From: a virus
Virus record (IMG/VR): IMGVR_UViG_3300047163_000044
Location: 1 to 36,913 of that record
Direction: 5' to 3' (one strand)
DNA length: 36,913 nucleotides
Shown here: in pieces, positions 18,838 to 26,786 of the stretch
Numbering within the stretch: the first letter of the stretch is position 1
How the letters are laid out: each line of letters opens with the position of its first letter
Program-made: the position numbers and the translations under genes
The notes under the pieces: model-generated
Told to the model about the DNA's origin: nothing
The model's input: only the letters and a program-made list of their open reading frames with translations
The model's database searches: none

Positions 18838-20859
18838 ATGGCTAAAAAAAGGCAATCAGATGATGACGATCTTAAAAAGATGCGTGAGCGATTTGGATTA
18901 TGCGCTGAGCGTGAAAGCACTAACCGTGATTTATGGGTTAAAAATGTCGATATGTCGTCTTCGACAGATCAGTGGCCGCAAGACGTGGTTAACTTTCGTG
19001 GTTCCGGCCGTCCTCGCCTGACTATCAATCGTCTCAACGGCACTTGCAAGCAGATTGAGGGTGACTACCGGCAGAATGAGCTAGCTATAAACGTATTGCC
19101 AGCGTCGTATGAGGCTAATGACGATACCGCCGAGATACTGGCTGGAATAGTTCGACACATCGAGCAGGCGTCAAATGCCAAGACGGTTTATCTGCATGGT
19201 ATTCGGTACGCTTCAAGAGGTGGATGGGGATGGGCCCGGGTATTGCCTGAATACGCCAACGAGGGAACGTTCGAGCAGGAACTTCGCATACGAGCCATCT
19301 ACAACACTTTGACGGTCTATTGCGATCCGAAAGCAGTCATGCCCACCCGGCAGGATGCGCGTTATATGTTTGTTTCGGAGATGGTAGATAAGGACGAGCA
19401 TCTCGCGGATTACCCCGATTCGGATTTGCGTTATACCGAGTCTTTGGAAGATTTTGATGATGCGTTTGAGAACTGGGTTGATAGCGAAGGCGACCGCATA
19501 AGGAGAGTGGAGTATTTCACCAAGGAATTTATTCCGGCAAAGTTTGTTCTGTTTGAAAATGGAGCAACCGTAGAGATTCAGGGCGATGATGAACTGGAAG
19601 CGCTTCAGCAGATTGGCTGGAAACCGAAACGGGAACGTATGGGCAAACGTACACAGATACGGTGGAGGAAATGCATCGCCAATGAGGTGTTAGACGAAAA
19701 AGTCTACAAGATGCCTTATATACCTCTTGTTCCGTTTTTGGGCGAAGAGATAAACGTAAAGGGCAAGATAACCCTCCACAGCGCTATTGCTTATGGCATT
19801 GACCCTCAGTTGATGCTTAATTACTGGAAGTCCACTGCGACTGAGTCTGTGTGTTTGATGCCGAAAGCGCCTTATGCTTTAACGCCAAAACAGATTCAAA
19901 ACCACGAGATGCAATGGAAGAATGTGAATGTGAATTCACAGCCTTTCATTATGTATAATCCCGACCCTCAGGCGAACAATGGCGCTCCTCCTCAGCGTCT
20001 ACCCATGCCCGAGCAGCCTATTGGCGAAATGTCAATGGGTGGTGGATCGGAGCGGGACATAGCTTACACCACGAATACCTTTGATGCTCAATTAGGCGCT
20101 CCCGGACAAGAGGTTTCGGGTGTGGCTTTGGGCGAGAGACAGCAGCAAGGCACAACGGGCAACTTCCTGTTTATCGATAACGGCAAGATTGCGATTGAGC
20201 ATATAGGTCGCATATTACTTAGCTTTATTCCGCTGATTTACGACACTGAGCGTGTGGTTAGAATTCTCAGCATGGAAGGCAAGACCGATACCGAAACTAT
20301 TAACAAGGAAATCTACAATCCCTTGCTCGGTACGACTGAAATCCTTAACGACATAACAGTCGGGGAATATCAAGTAGTAGTTGAGGCTGGCAAAGCATTT
20401 GCGACTCGTCGTCAGGAAGCAACAGACGGCATGCTGAAATGGGCGCATGAATTCCCTCAGCAAGCCCCACTAGTCGCGGATTTGGTTATTGAAAACATGG
20501 ACGTGCCGGGCGGAACGCAGATAGCCGAACGTATTCGCCGGAGTCTGCCGCCGCAGGTTATCAATGCCCCTGATAGTCCCGAAGGTCAGAAAGCCGCTGC
20601 GCAGGCGCAACAGCAACAGCAGCAGGCTCAAGCCATGCAACAGCAGATGATTCAGGGTAAATTGCAGGAAGAGCAGGGAAAGAACCAGGCCAGCATGATT
20701 AAATCGCAAGCCGATGTTATTAAGTCCCAAGCGGAAGTAACCAGAGCTAAGGCCGATGTGATGATGACGGCAATCGATATGCATAATAAGCAGGCGGAGC
20801 ATGAGGCAATGATTTTGGATAGAACGAGAATCAATCCCCAACAGACGAGTAACCCATGA
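18838..20859 (+). CDS. Portal protein, P22-like (673 aa)
   Basis: Size and position fit (after terL). The N-terminal block is QWPQDVVNFRGSGRPRLTINRLNGTCKQIEGDYRQNELAINVLP. There is a long C-terminal Gln-rich helix (AAAQAQQQQQQAQAMQQQMIQGKLQEEQGKNQ...), like the P22 portal barrel. Confidence 0.92.
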   Translation: MAKKRQSDDDDLKKMRERFGLCAERESTNRDLWVKNVDMSSSTDQWPQDVVNFRGSGRPRLTINRLNGTCKQIEGDYRQNELAINVLPASYEANDDTAEILAGIVRHIEQASNAKTVYLHGIRYASRGGWGWARVLPEYANEGTFEQELRIRAIYNTLTVYCDPKAVMPTRQDARYMFVSEMVDKDEHLADYPDSDLRYTESLEDFDDAFENWVDSEGDRIRRVEYFTKEFIPAKFVLFENGATVEIQGDDELEALQQIGWKPKRERMGKRTQIRWRKCIANEVLDEKVYKMPYIPLVPFLGEEINVKGKITLHSAIAYGIDPQLMLNYWKSTATESVCLMPKAPYALTPKQIQNHEMQWKNVNVNSQPFIMYNPDPQANNGAPPQRLPMPEQPIGEMSMGGGSERDIAYTTNTFDAQLGAPGQEVSGVALGERQQQGTTGNFLFIDNGKIAIEHIGRILLSFIPLIYDTERVVRILSMEGKTDTETINKEIYNPLLGTTEILNDITVGEYQVVVEAGKAFATRRQEATDGMLKWAHEFPQQAPLVADLVIENMDVPGGTQIAERIRRSLPPQVINAPDSPEGQKAAAQAQQQQQQAQAMQQQMIQGKLQEEQGKNQASMIKSQADVIKSQAEVTRAKADVMMTAIDMHNKQAEHEAMILDRTRINPQQTSNP

Positions 20860-21203
20860 GCGGAATAACGATAAAGAACTTTTCTGATTATGAGACAGTT
20901 CCCCTCACCTTGACGGCTAGTACCGCAGGAACTGTTGCCTTTAAACTGCCTGGGTCATGGGAATTGCCCGATGTTATGGTAACAAATAGCGGGTTGACGG
21001 TTGCATTTGTGAATTTCTGCAACAGCGGCAGGATCGTCAATGCGCAATCGCCAGCGACAACCGGAACTATAGGCGCAACACCGGTTTTGGCAGGTGAAAC
21101 TATGATTCTATCAAAGAACAAGGGCGCAACTTATAATGACACGTGCTGCGCAATCAGCACTGGTACGCCGACGTTGTATTTTACTTCGGGAGTCGGATCG
21201 TGA
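20856..21203 (+). CDS. Hypothetical beta-rich protein (115 aa) in the head module
   Basis: It makes an ATGA overlap with the portal stop. No family was recognised. Confidence 0.65.
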   Translation: MSGITIKNFSDYETVPLTLTASTAGTVAFKLPGSWELPDVMVTNSGLTVAFVNFCNSGRIVNAQSPATTGTIGATPVLAGETMILSKNKGATYNDTCCAISTGTPTLYFTSGVGS

Positions 21204-21457
21204 AGCAGGTTATCGGCAAGCGCGTGATGTGCATCTATCCTTGGAAAGCAAATGAAGAGCTTATATCGAAGGGTGGAATTATCATGCCTGATGAAACAAA
21301 AGATAAACCCAATAATCTTGAGGTTACTCTTTCTGGAATTGAAGGCATTAACGCCGGTGACCGCGTGGTATTCAACAAATACCACGGCACTACGATTACC
21401 ATCGATAATCAGGAGTATCTTTTTCTCAAAGAGGAAGAGATTCTAGGATTAATATGA
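21200..21457 (+). CDS. groES: GroES/Cpn10-family co-chaperonin homologue (85 aa)
   Basis: The GTG at 21200 (GTGA overlap, SD gggag) gives VKQVIGKRVMCIY..SKGGIIMPDETKDKPNNLEV...INAGDRVVFNKYHGTTITIDNQEYLFLKEEEILGLI. This aligns with E. coli GroES [68 protein letters not shown]. Confidence 0.85.
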   Translation: MKQVIGKRVMCIYPWKANEELISKGGIIMPDETKDKPNNLEVTLSGIEGINAGDRVVFNKYHGTTITIDNQEYLFLKEEEILGLI

Positions 21458-21579
21458 AGGCCTGTAATGATGAGAAATTCTTACGCCCTATTCGCAATTT
21501 TCTAAATTCTCAGCCAAAGGGTACTATTGCGTATTATAAAGATATCGAAGGAGATTTTTTCTTGAAGATGGCGTTCTAA
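21454..21579 (+). CDS. Possible small protein (41 aa)
   Basis: It makes an ATGA overlap with the groES-like stop. The sequence is MKACNDEKFLRPIRNFLNSQPKGTIAYYKDIEGDFFLKMAF. Confidence 0.35.
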   Translation: MKACNDEKFLRPIRNFLNSQPKGTIAYYKDIEGDFFLKMAF

Positions 21580-21624
21580 AACTGAGAGAAAGAAATTATT
21601 AACAAAATTGAAAAGGATAAGCAT

Positions 21625-21804
21625 ATGGCAACCGATTACGGCACTAAAATGAAGAGCGGCAAAGACGGCTCCGAAGTAGGTCAGGGTTTTGGTGAACCCC
21701 AGAAGCGTATGAAGGGCGCTCCCAAAGCCACTAACCATAGCGAACACAACGAGATGATGCATAAAATGATGCCCCCAGGCTATAAGGGCGATTGCGGCTA
21801 TTAA
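21625..21804 (+). CDS. Hypothetical small basic protein (59 aa), below the ORF-track cutoff
   Basis: The sequence is MATDYGTKMKSGKDGSEVGQGFGEPQKRMKGAPKATNHSEHNEMMHKMMPPGYKGDCGY. SD aaaagga is present, and the stop abuts the next ATG. It is preferred over the antisense track ORF 21502..21762. Confidence 0.45.
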   Translation: MATDYGTKMKSGKDGSEVGQGFGEPQKRMKGAPKATNHSEHNEMMHKMMPPGYKGDCGY

Positions 21805-21805
21805 T

Positions 21806-22147
21806 ATGGCGTCCTGGACTAGGAATGCCCCTAAGACAAGTGATTATAGAACGGATCAGGAATATTGTGACGCCATAAATGCTTTTGGCGAATTACACGG
21901 CATTCATATGATAGGTGGGCCACTTGTTGCTCCACCAAAGTTCGTCAAACCTAAAGTTTTATCTCCGTCAGAAATCTATCATTCCAGTCCTGAAATTATC
22001 CATTATTTCAAAGAAAACAGACTTAATCATTACAGTGGTGATTACCGTCCATTATGGAAAAAGCTTATTTACCCTGTAATGAGATTTTTATCCCACCGAT
22101 GGAACTACCTAACTCTATGCAAATTAAATAACCTTCACGGCCAATAA
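21806..22147 (+). CDS. Hypothetical protein (113 aa)
   Basis: The ORF is in the late-operon orientation and tightly packed. Confidence 0.6.
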   Translation: MASWTRNAPKTSDYRTDQEYCDAINAFGELHGIHMIGGPLVAPPKFVKPKVLSPSEIYHSSPEIIHYFKENRLNHYSGDYRPLWKKLIYPVMRFLSHRWNYLTLCKLNNLHGQ

Positions 22148-22149
22148 CT

Positions 22150-22326
22150 ATGACCCCAGAATTAGCTGCTAAGGAATTTTGGGCGATAAACGAGGCTTGT
22201 AAAAACAAAGAAGATCTAAAAGCTATTAGTTCGCGTGTAGTGCATCTAGGAAAAATACAAAGCAGATTTTCTCCTGAGCAATGGACAAAATATTCCATTG
22301 CCTTTTCCGCGCTAGCCGGCAGTTAG
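22150..22326 (+). CDS. Hypothetical small protein (58 aa), below the ORF-track cutoff
   Basis: The sequence is MTPELAAKEFWAINEACKNKEDLKAISSRVVHLGKIQSRFSPEQWTKYSIAFSALAGS. The ATG lies 2 nt after the previous stop. Confidence 0.45.
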   Translation: MTPELAAKEFWAINEACKNKEDLKAISSRVVHLGKIQSRFSPEQWTKYSIAFSALAGS

Positions 22327-22370
22327 CAACTTCGTAGGCAGTTTAAGCCCGTATAATCAAGGATAATACT

Positions 22371-23243
22371 ATGACCGACGACATTAGCGTAGGAGCAACT
22401 CCTATCGCGCAAACTTCTGTGCCTGAAAATAAAACTACTTCTGATTCCGTGCCGTCAACTCAAGAGCAAAAGCCGCAAAACACTTCGCCTGATGACTTTG
22501 ACGAAAGTATTATCCCTGAATCATCGCGGGATAATTTTCGCAAGTTTCGTGAGTCCCAGAAAGCTAAAGTCTCTGACTATGAGAAAAAGCTTAATGAGGA
22601 AACCCGCAAGCGGATGGAATACGAAAGCCGCTGGAATGATTACGAATCTCGCCAGCGAGCGGCGCAAAATCAGCCTGCCAATATAGGCCCAAAGCCGGAT
22701 TACAGAAATTATTCTTCGGTTGAGGAATACACAGAAGCGGTTGAGAAGTGGAAAGAGGCCGAGGCGATTAATAGGTACAAAACTACACAAGCTCAGGAAC
22801 AGCAGCAACAGAAGCAACGTCAAGAAGTAGCGCTTATCCAAAACAAGGCGCGTTCTGCTTCCGCTAAATACGCTGACTTCGCACAAGTCGTACAACCCAT
22901 ATCTGCAATTGCAGACCAAATACCGAGTCTCGTCCAGTTCATCAAGGAATTCGATAATGGAATGGACGTGCTTTATCATCTCGGCAAGAATCCTGCCACT
23001 TTGGAAGCGCTGTCAAAGTTACAGCCTTTCGCGGCCGGTCAGGAATTGCTTCGGATCCAGGCGGCTATGAGTGCGCCTACATCGAAAGCAATCACTAAAG
23101 CCCCAGAGCCTATGAGCCCGGTTAATTCCGGTGGTGACGGAAGCGTGAAATCTATCCTTGAACTCGTGAAAAAGGATGATGTTAGCGATTACGTTGCCAT
23201 GGAACACCGAAAGGAACTCAGAAAGCGTAAGGGTACTGAATAG
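22371..23243 (+). CDS. Scaffolding protein (290 aa)
   Basis: It lies between the portal and coat genes. It is highly charged, helical and Gln-rich (EQQQQKQRQEVALIQNKA), with no enzymatic motifs. Confidence 0.7.
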   Translation: MTDDISVGATPIAQTSVPENKTTSDSVPSTQEQKPQNTSPDDFDESIIPESSRDNFRKFRESQKAKVSDYEKKLNEETRKRMEYESRWNDYESRQRAAQNQPANIGPKPDYRNYSSVEEYTEAVEKWKEAEAINRYKTTQAQEQQQQKQRQEVALIQNKARSASAKYADFAQVVQPISAIADQIPSLVQFIKEFDNGMDVLYHLGKNPATLEALSKLQPFAAGQELLRIQAAMSAPTSKAITKAPEPMSPVNSGGDGSVKSILELVKKDDVSDYVAMEHRKELRKRKGTE

Positions 23244-23256
23244 AAGGATTTTTAAC

Positions 23257-24492
23257 ATGGCAACAGCAACTTATAACGTACAAGACCTTATAGCCGCGAA
23301 AGCATTGGCTATTATCAGCAACCAGCTCCCTCTGGTGCGTCATCTTAATCATGACTATGAAGACAAATTTTCCGAGGTCACGGATGATCATCGGATTGGC
23401 CAAACCATTCGCATTGGCAAGCCACCGCGCCGCAATTCGACTCTTAGCTCTGGTTGGGCAATTAATGTTCAGCCGGTTGTGGAAGAGGTCACCTCTTTGA
23501 CCATCAATACCACGGCGCAGGATAGCACGGCTTTTGCTGACGCCGATTTGGCTTTGCTCTTGGTAGACCCTGAAAAGAACGCCGATAACTGGGCGCGCAA
23601 GTATATCAAGCCGCGTGTTTCTAAAATGGCGAACGACATTGAAGCCAGTCTCTACGGAACGATGATTGCCGGCACCTATAATCTCGTGGGTACTGCCGGA
23701 AGCGTTCCACAATCTTCCCAGACCTGGTCAGACGCAGTGCAGAAGCTTGATGAGAACCTTGCGCCGCAGGATGAGCGTTGCGCTTTGCTTACCTCTGCTT
23801 CTGTAAGCGGCATGCGAGAAGCCTTGAAGGGAACGTATGTTAGGGAAATTTCAGAACCCGCTTTGATGAAGGGTTTTATTTCCGAATTATACGGAACCGA
23901 TAATTATCAGACGGAAATCGTGTCTAGCCATACCAACGGCACGTTTGGAACGGACAGCGTTGTCACCCAGAATAGCGGCTCACCGCAGACCGGTAGCAGC
24001 ATCGTCACGACCGGCTGGACTTCGACGCATGGTGTCGCTGTAGGCGATATATTCACCATTGCTGGCGTCTATGCGATTAACTACGTCACCAAAGCGCAGC
24101 TTTCCAACCTTCAGCAGTTTGTTGTGACTGCCGCAGGCACGAATAGCAGCGGTTCGCTGACTATCAGCATTTCGCCCGCCATCACGGTTTCCGGCCCTGA
24201 TCAGACGGTTTCTGCCGCTCCCGCGCTTAATTCCGCTTTGACCTTTATCGGTAGTTCCGCGACGGCTTACCGCCGCAATCTCATGTTCCACAAGGATGCT
24301 TGGACGGTGGCTTTCGCAGACCTGTATATCCCGAAGAACATTGAAATGGCTGCGCGTAAAGCTGCAAACGGTATCAAACTGCGTTATACGCGCCAGTGGG
24401 ATATTGTAAATTCCCAGTTGTATGACCGCATTGACGCGTATTTCGGCATTGCGCCGCTGTATCCGCAGTGGGCAACCCAGATTACCGAATAA
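23257..24492 (+). CDS. Major capsid protein, P22 coat (gp5) family (411 aa)
   Basis: The start is taken at ATG 23257, after aagga. Blocks IRIGKPPRR, KYIKPRVSKMANDIEASLYG, GDIFTIAGVYAINYVTKA and RRNLMFHKDAWTVAFADL...IKLRYTRQWDI resemble the P22-type coat family. It follows the scaffold gene. Confidence 0.9.
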   Translation: MATATYNVQDLIAAKALAIISNQLPLVRHLNHDYEDKFSEVTDDHRIGQTIRIGKPPRRNSTLSSGWAINVQPVVEEVTSLTINTTAQDSTAFADADLALLLVDPEKNADNWARKYIKPRVSKMANDIEASLYGTMIAGTYNLVGTAGSVPQSSQTWSDAVQKLDENLAPQDERCALLTSASVSGMREALKGTYVREISEPALMKGFISELYGTDNYQTEIVSSHTNGTFGTDSVVTQNSGSPQTGSSIVTTGWTSTHGVAVGDIFTIAGVYAINYVTKAQLSNLQQFVVTAAGTNSSGSLTISISPAITVSGPDQTVSAAPALNSALTFIGSSATAYRRNLMFHKDAWTVAFADLYIPKNIEMAARKAANGIKLRYTRQWDIVNSQLYDRIDAYFGIAPLYPQWATQITE

Positions 24493-24501
24493 GGAGGATT
24501 T

Positions 24502-24900
24502 ATGTCTAAAGTAATGCTTTTTAAGCGTGGACTGCATGCAAAAGACCTCGATATGCGTTATCTTGATGACGTCGAGCAAAAGAACCATTGCGAACGTTTC
24601 AAGGCGGCGGGTTATTATGAAAATCCTCCTATCGTGACGATGTATAATCCAAAGACGAGAGAACAACTGACCATTCATGCCGAAGATCAGTCTATTCTTG
24701 AATCACGCGGGTTTTTCCTGACTCCGACATGGGTCTATCATCCCGAGGAAGCCCAAAAAGGTAAAATTGTTTCCAAGGAGGAAGCGGATCAGCTTATTCA
24801 AAACGGCTGGTATGATAACCCCGGCAAATTCCCGGGTGGGCCGCTTGGCATTGCTAAAGCGAAATCCACTCTGGTTCTTCCGAAAGGAGCCGCAGCATGA
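24502..24900 (+). CDS. Hypothetical protein (132 aa) with three internal G-aromatic-aromatic-x-x-P repeats
   Basis: SD aaggagga is present. The repeats are ..ERFKAAGYYENP, ..SILESRGFFLTP and ..DQLIQNGWYDNP. Confidence 0.65.
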   Translation: MSKVMLFKRGLHAKDLDMRYLDDVEQKNHCERFKAAGYYENPPIVTMYNPKTREQLTIHAEDQSILESRGFFLTPTWVYHPEEAQKGKIVSKEEADQLIQNGWYDNPGKFPGGPLGIAKAKSTLVLPKGAAA

Positions 24901-25220
24901 CCCGTGGCATTCCTTTTGATCCAAGCAGGATCGCGCAGCTAACCCTTTCTCCTGTCCAGGTCGCAGCCAATACAACTGCGGAACAGACTTTTACGGTTAA
25001 TGGCCTGAAAACCGGAGATATTATTCTGGCTTTGAACAAACCTACAAATCAGGCGGGACTTGGTATAGTCAATTATCGGGTAAGCGCAGCGAACACACTG
25101 GCGGTTGCTTTTTCCAATAATACAGCAAGCCCTATAACCCCTACTGCATCTGAAAAGTATCTAGTCGCAGTCATGCGCCCGGATTCACTTGAAACGGATG
25201 GCAGTATACAATTCAGATAA
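24897..25220 (+). CDS. Hypothetical beta-rich head-module protein (107 aa)
   Basis: It makes an ATGA overlap with the upstream gene. No family was recognised. Confidence 0.65.
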   Translation: MTRGIPFDPSRIAQLTLSPVQVAANTTAEQTFTVNGLKTGDIILALNKPTNQAGLGIVNYRVSAANTLAVAFSNNTASPITPTASEKYLVAVMRPDSLETDGSIQFR

Positions 25221-25231
25221 GGAATTAAAAC

Positions 25232-25876
25232 ATGGCTAATATAGGTGCAGAAACCGGCGGCTCAAGCGCCCCGATTCAATTGAGTGACAATAATACGGCG
25301 GGTCATATATTCGGCCAGTCTATTGCTGATCTAATCTCTTTTTATGGAGCAACACCTCTTGCTCAACAGGCAAATACGGTTGATGCCATAACGCAGCTTG
25401 TAAATCTTGGATTGCTTGCTTCCGGATCGGCAATACAGGGTAATGCAACTCCTCCGGTGAGCATTACAACCGGGCAGACTCTTACGTCTGCTAATGCAGG
25501 TAAACTACTGGTTTTGAACAATGCCGCAGGTATGGCGTTGGTTCTTCCGGCTGCGACGGGTAGCGGGGTTACTTTTCAATTCGAAGTGGGCACTACCGTT
25601 ACAAGCGTTGGCATTACCATCACCACGGGTATAACGGGCGCAAGTTCGGATGCATATCAAGGTTATGCGCTCACCGAAGATGGTGGCACCATGACCGGTT
25701 GGGTTGCCACTCCCGGCGCTGGCGGTTCTGACGTTATTACCCTGAATGGCACCACTACCGGGGGTTTCGTGGGTGATTTCGTCGAGGTTCAGGATGCAGC
25801 TTCTGGCCGGTGGGCTATTAAACGCTTTGTTACCAAATCAACCGGCACGGCGGCTACGCCGTTTAGTCACACCTAA
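25232..25876 (+). CDS. Hypothetical virion protein (214 aa)
   Basis: SD aaggaa is present. It is Gly/Thr-rich. The N-terminus MANIGAETGGSSAPIQLSDNNTAG recurs in the following mini-ORF. Confidence 0.65.
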   Translation: MANIGAETGGSSAPIQLSDNNTAGHIFGQSIADLISFYGATPLAQQANTVDAITQLVNLGLLASGSAIQGNATPPVSITTGQTLTSANAGKLLVLNNAAGMALVLPAATGSGVTFQFEVGTTVTSVGITITTGITGASSDAYQGYALTEDGGTMTGWVATPGAGGSDVITLNGTTTGGFVGDFVEVQDAASGRWAIKRFVTKSTGTAATPFSHT

Positions 25877-25901
25877 TAACTTTATATAGGAATATCTTCA
25901 T

Positions 25902-26033
25902 ATGGCATTAGGCTCAGAAACAGGTGGTTACAATGTACCACAACAATTAAGCAACAATAATCCCCTAGGAACCAATTTAGATCAGAGTTCATCCGGAATT
26001 CTTCAGCAAATAGGAACTGGTACAACCTCTTAA
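25902..26033 (+). CDS. Possible 43-aa protein that duplicates the N-terminus of the preceding gene
   Basis: MALGSETGGYNVPQQLSNNNPLGTNLDQSSSGILQQIGTGTTS can be compared with MANIGAETGGSSAPIQLSDNNTAGHIFGQS of 25232..25876. Confidence 0.35.
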   Translation: MALGSETGGYNVPQQLSNNNPLGTNLDQSSSGILQQIGTGTTS

Positions 26034-26046
26034 ATATTATAGATTT

Positions 26047-26775
26047 ATGGCAACCGCTCAAGATATTATCAGCGGGGCGCTCAGGCAATGTTCAGGCGTC
26101 ACACCGGGTGAAGCCATTAATGGTGATGAGGCCGGGAATGCGCTAAGTATCTTAAACGATATGATAGGTTCCTGGTCTGGCGAAAGCTTCATGCCGCCTT
26201 TTAAGACTAAAACTACCTTCTCCCTTATACAGGGGCAGGAAAGCTATACGATAGGAACTAGCGGAAGTCCCAGTTTCAACCAAACACGGCCTGATGATAT
26301 ATCGGATGTTTATTTCACGGATACTACAAATCCTGCCAGTCCGATAGATTACGCAGGCGATGTCTGCATGTCTCAGGATCAATATAATAGCATTGCCTTA
26401 AAGAGCATCGCCGGTATTCCTCGCTGGCTTTACTACGATCCTCAATATCCCAATGGGGTGATGTATATTTATCAAACGGCAGGTAATCCTAATTTCACAA
26501 TGACCTGTGAACTTTTATTGCCCGTCGCACAGTTCACCGCTCTCACTTCTACCCTCTCGATGCCGCCACAATATAACCATGCCATGAAGATGCTTCTGGC
26601 CGACCTTTTGGCTTTTGAATATGGTTATGACCTCTCACAAAGGCAGCTAGAAGAGATAGAGCGTTGCCGCATGTGGGTAATGGCAAGGAACGCCAAGCGT
26701 GAAGCCGCAGTATTTGACCCATTATTTCGCCGCCGGGGTACTTATTGTATTTTAAGCGGTGGGCCAAGTTATTAA
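26047..26775 (+). CDS. Head-to-tail adaptor, P22 gp4-like N-terminus (242 aa)
   Basis: AQDIISGALRQCSGVTPGEAINGDEAGNALSILNDMIGSW parallels P22 gp4 [41 protein letters not shown]. It lies immediately upstream of the gp10-like gene. Confidence 0.7.
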   Translation: MATAQDIISGALRQCSGVTPGEAINGDEAGNALSILNDMIGSWSGESFMPPFKTKTTFSLIQGQESYTIGTSGSPSFNQTRPDDISDVYFTDTTNPASPIDYAGDVCMSQDQYNSIALKSIAGIPRWLYYDPQYPNGVMYIYQTAGNPNFTMTCELLLPVAQFTALTSTLSMPPQYNHAMKMLLADLLAFEYGYDLSQRQLEEIERCRMWVMARNAKREAAVFDPLFRRRGTYCILSGGPSY

Positions 26776-26786
26776 GGAAGGATTAT

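Noticed and set aside
21502-21762. An 86-aa ORF on the - strand in the head module.
   Set aside because: Two small + strand ORFs (21454..21579 and 21625..21804), with coupling or an SD, fit the unidirectional late operon better.
23980-24678. A 232-aa ORF antisense to the major capsid gene, and the 164-aa ORF 23218..23712 (-).
   Set aside because: They overlap a confidently identified P22-type coat gene on the other strand and have no SD and no recognisable motifs.
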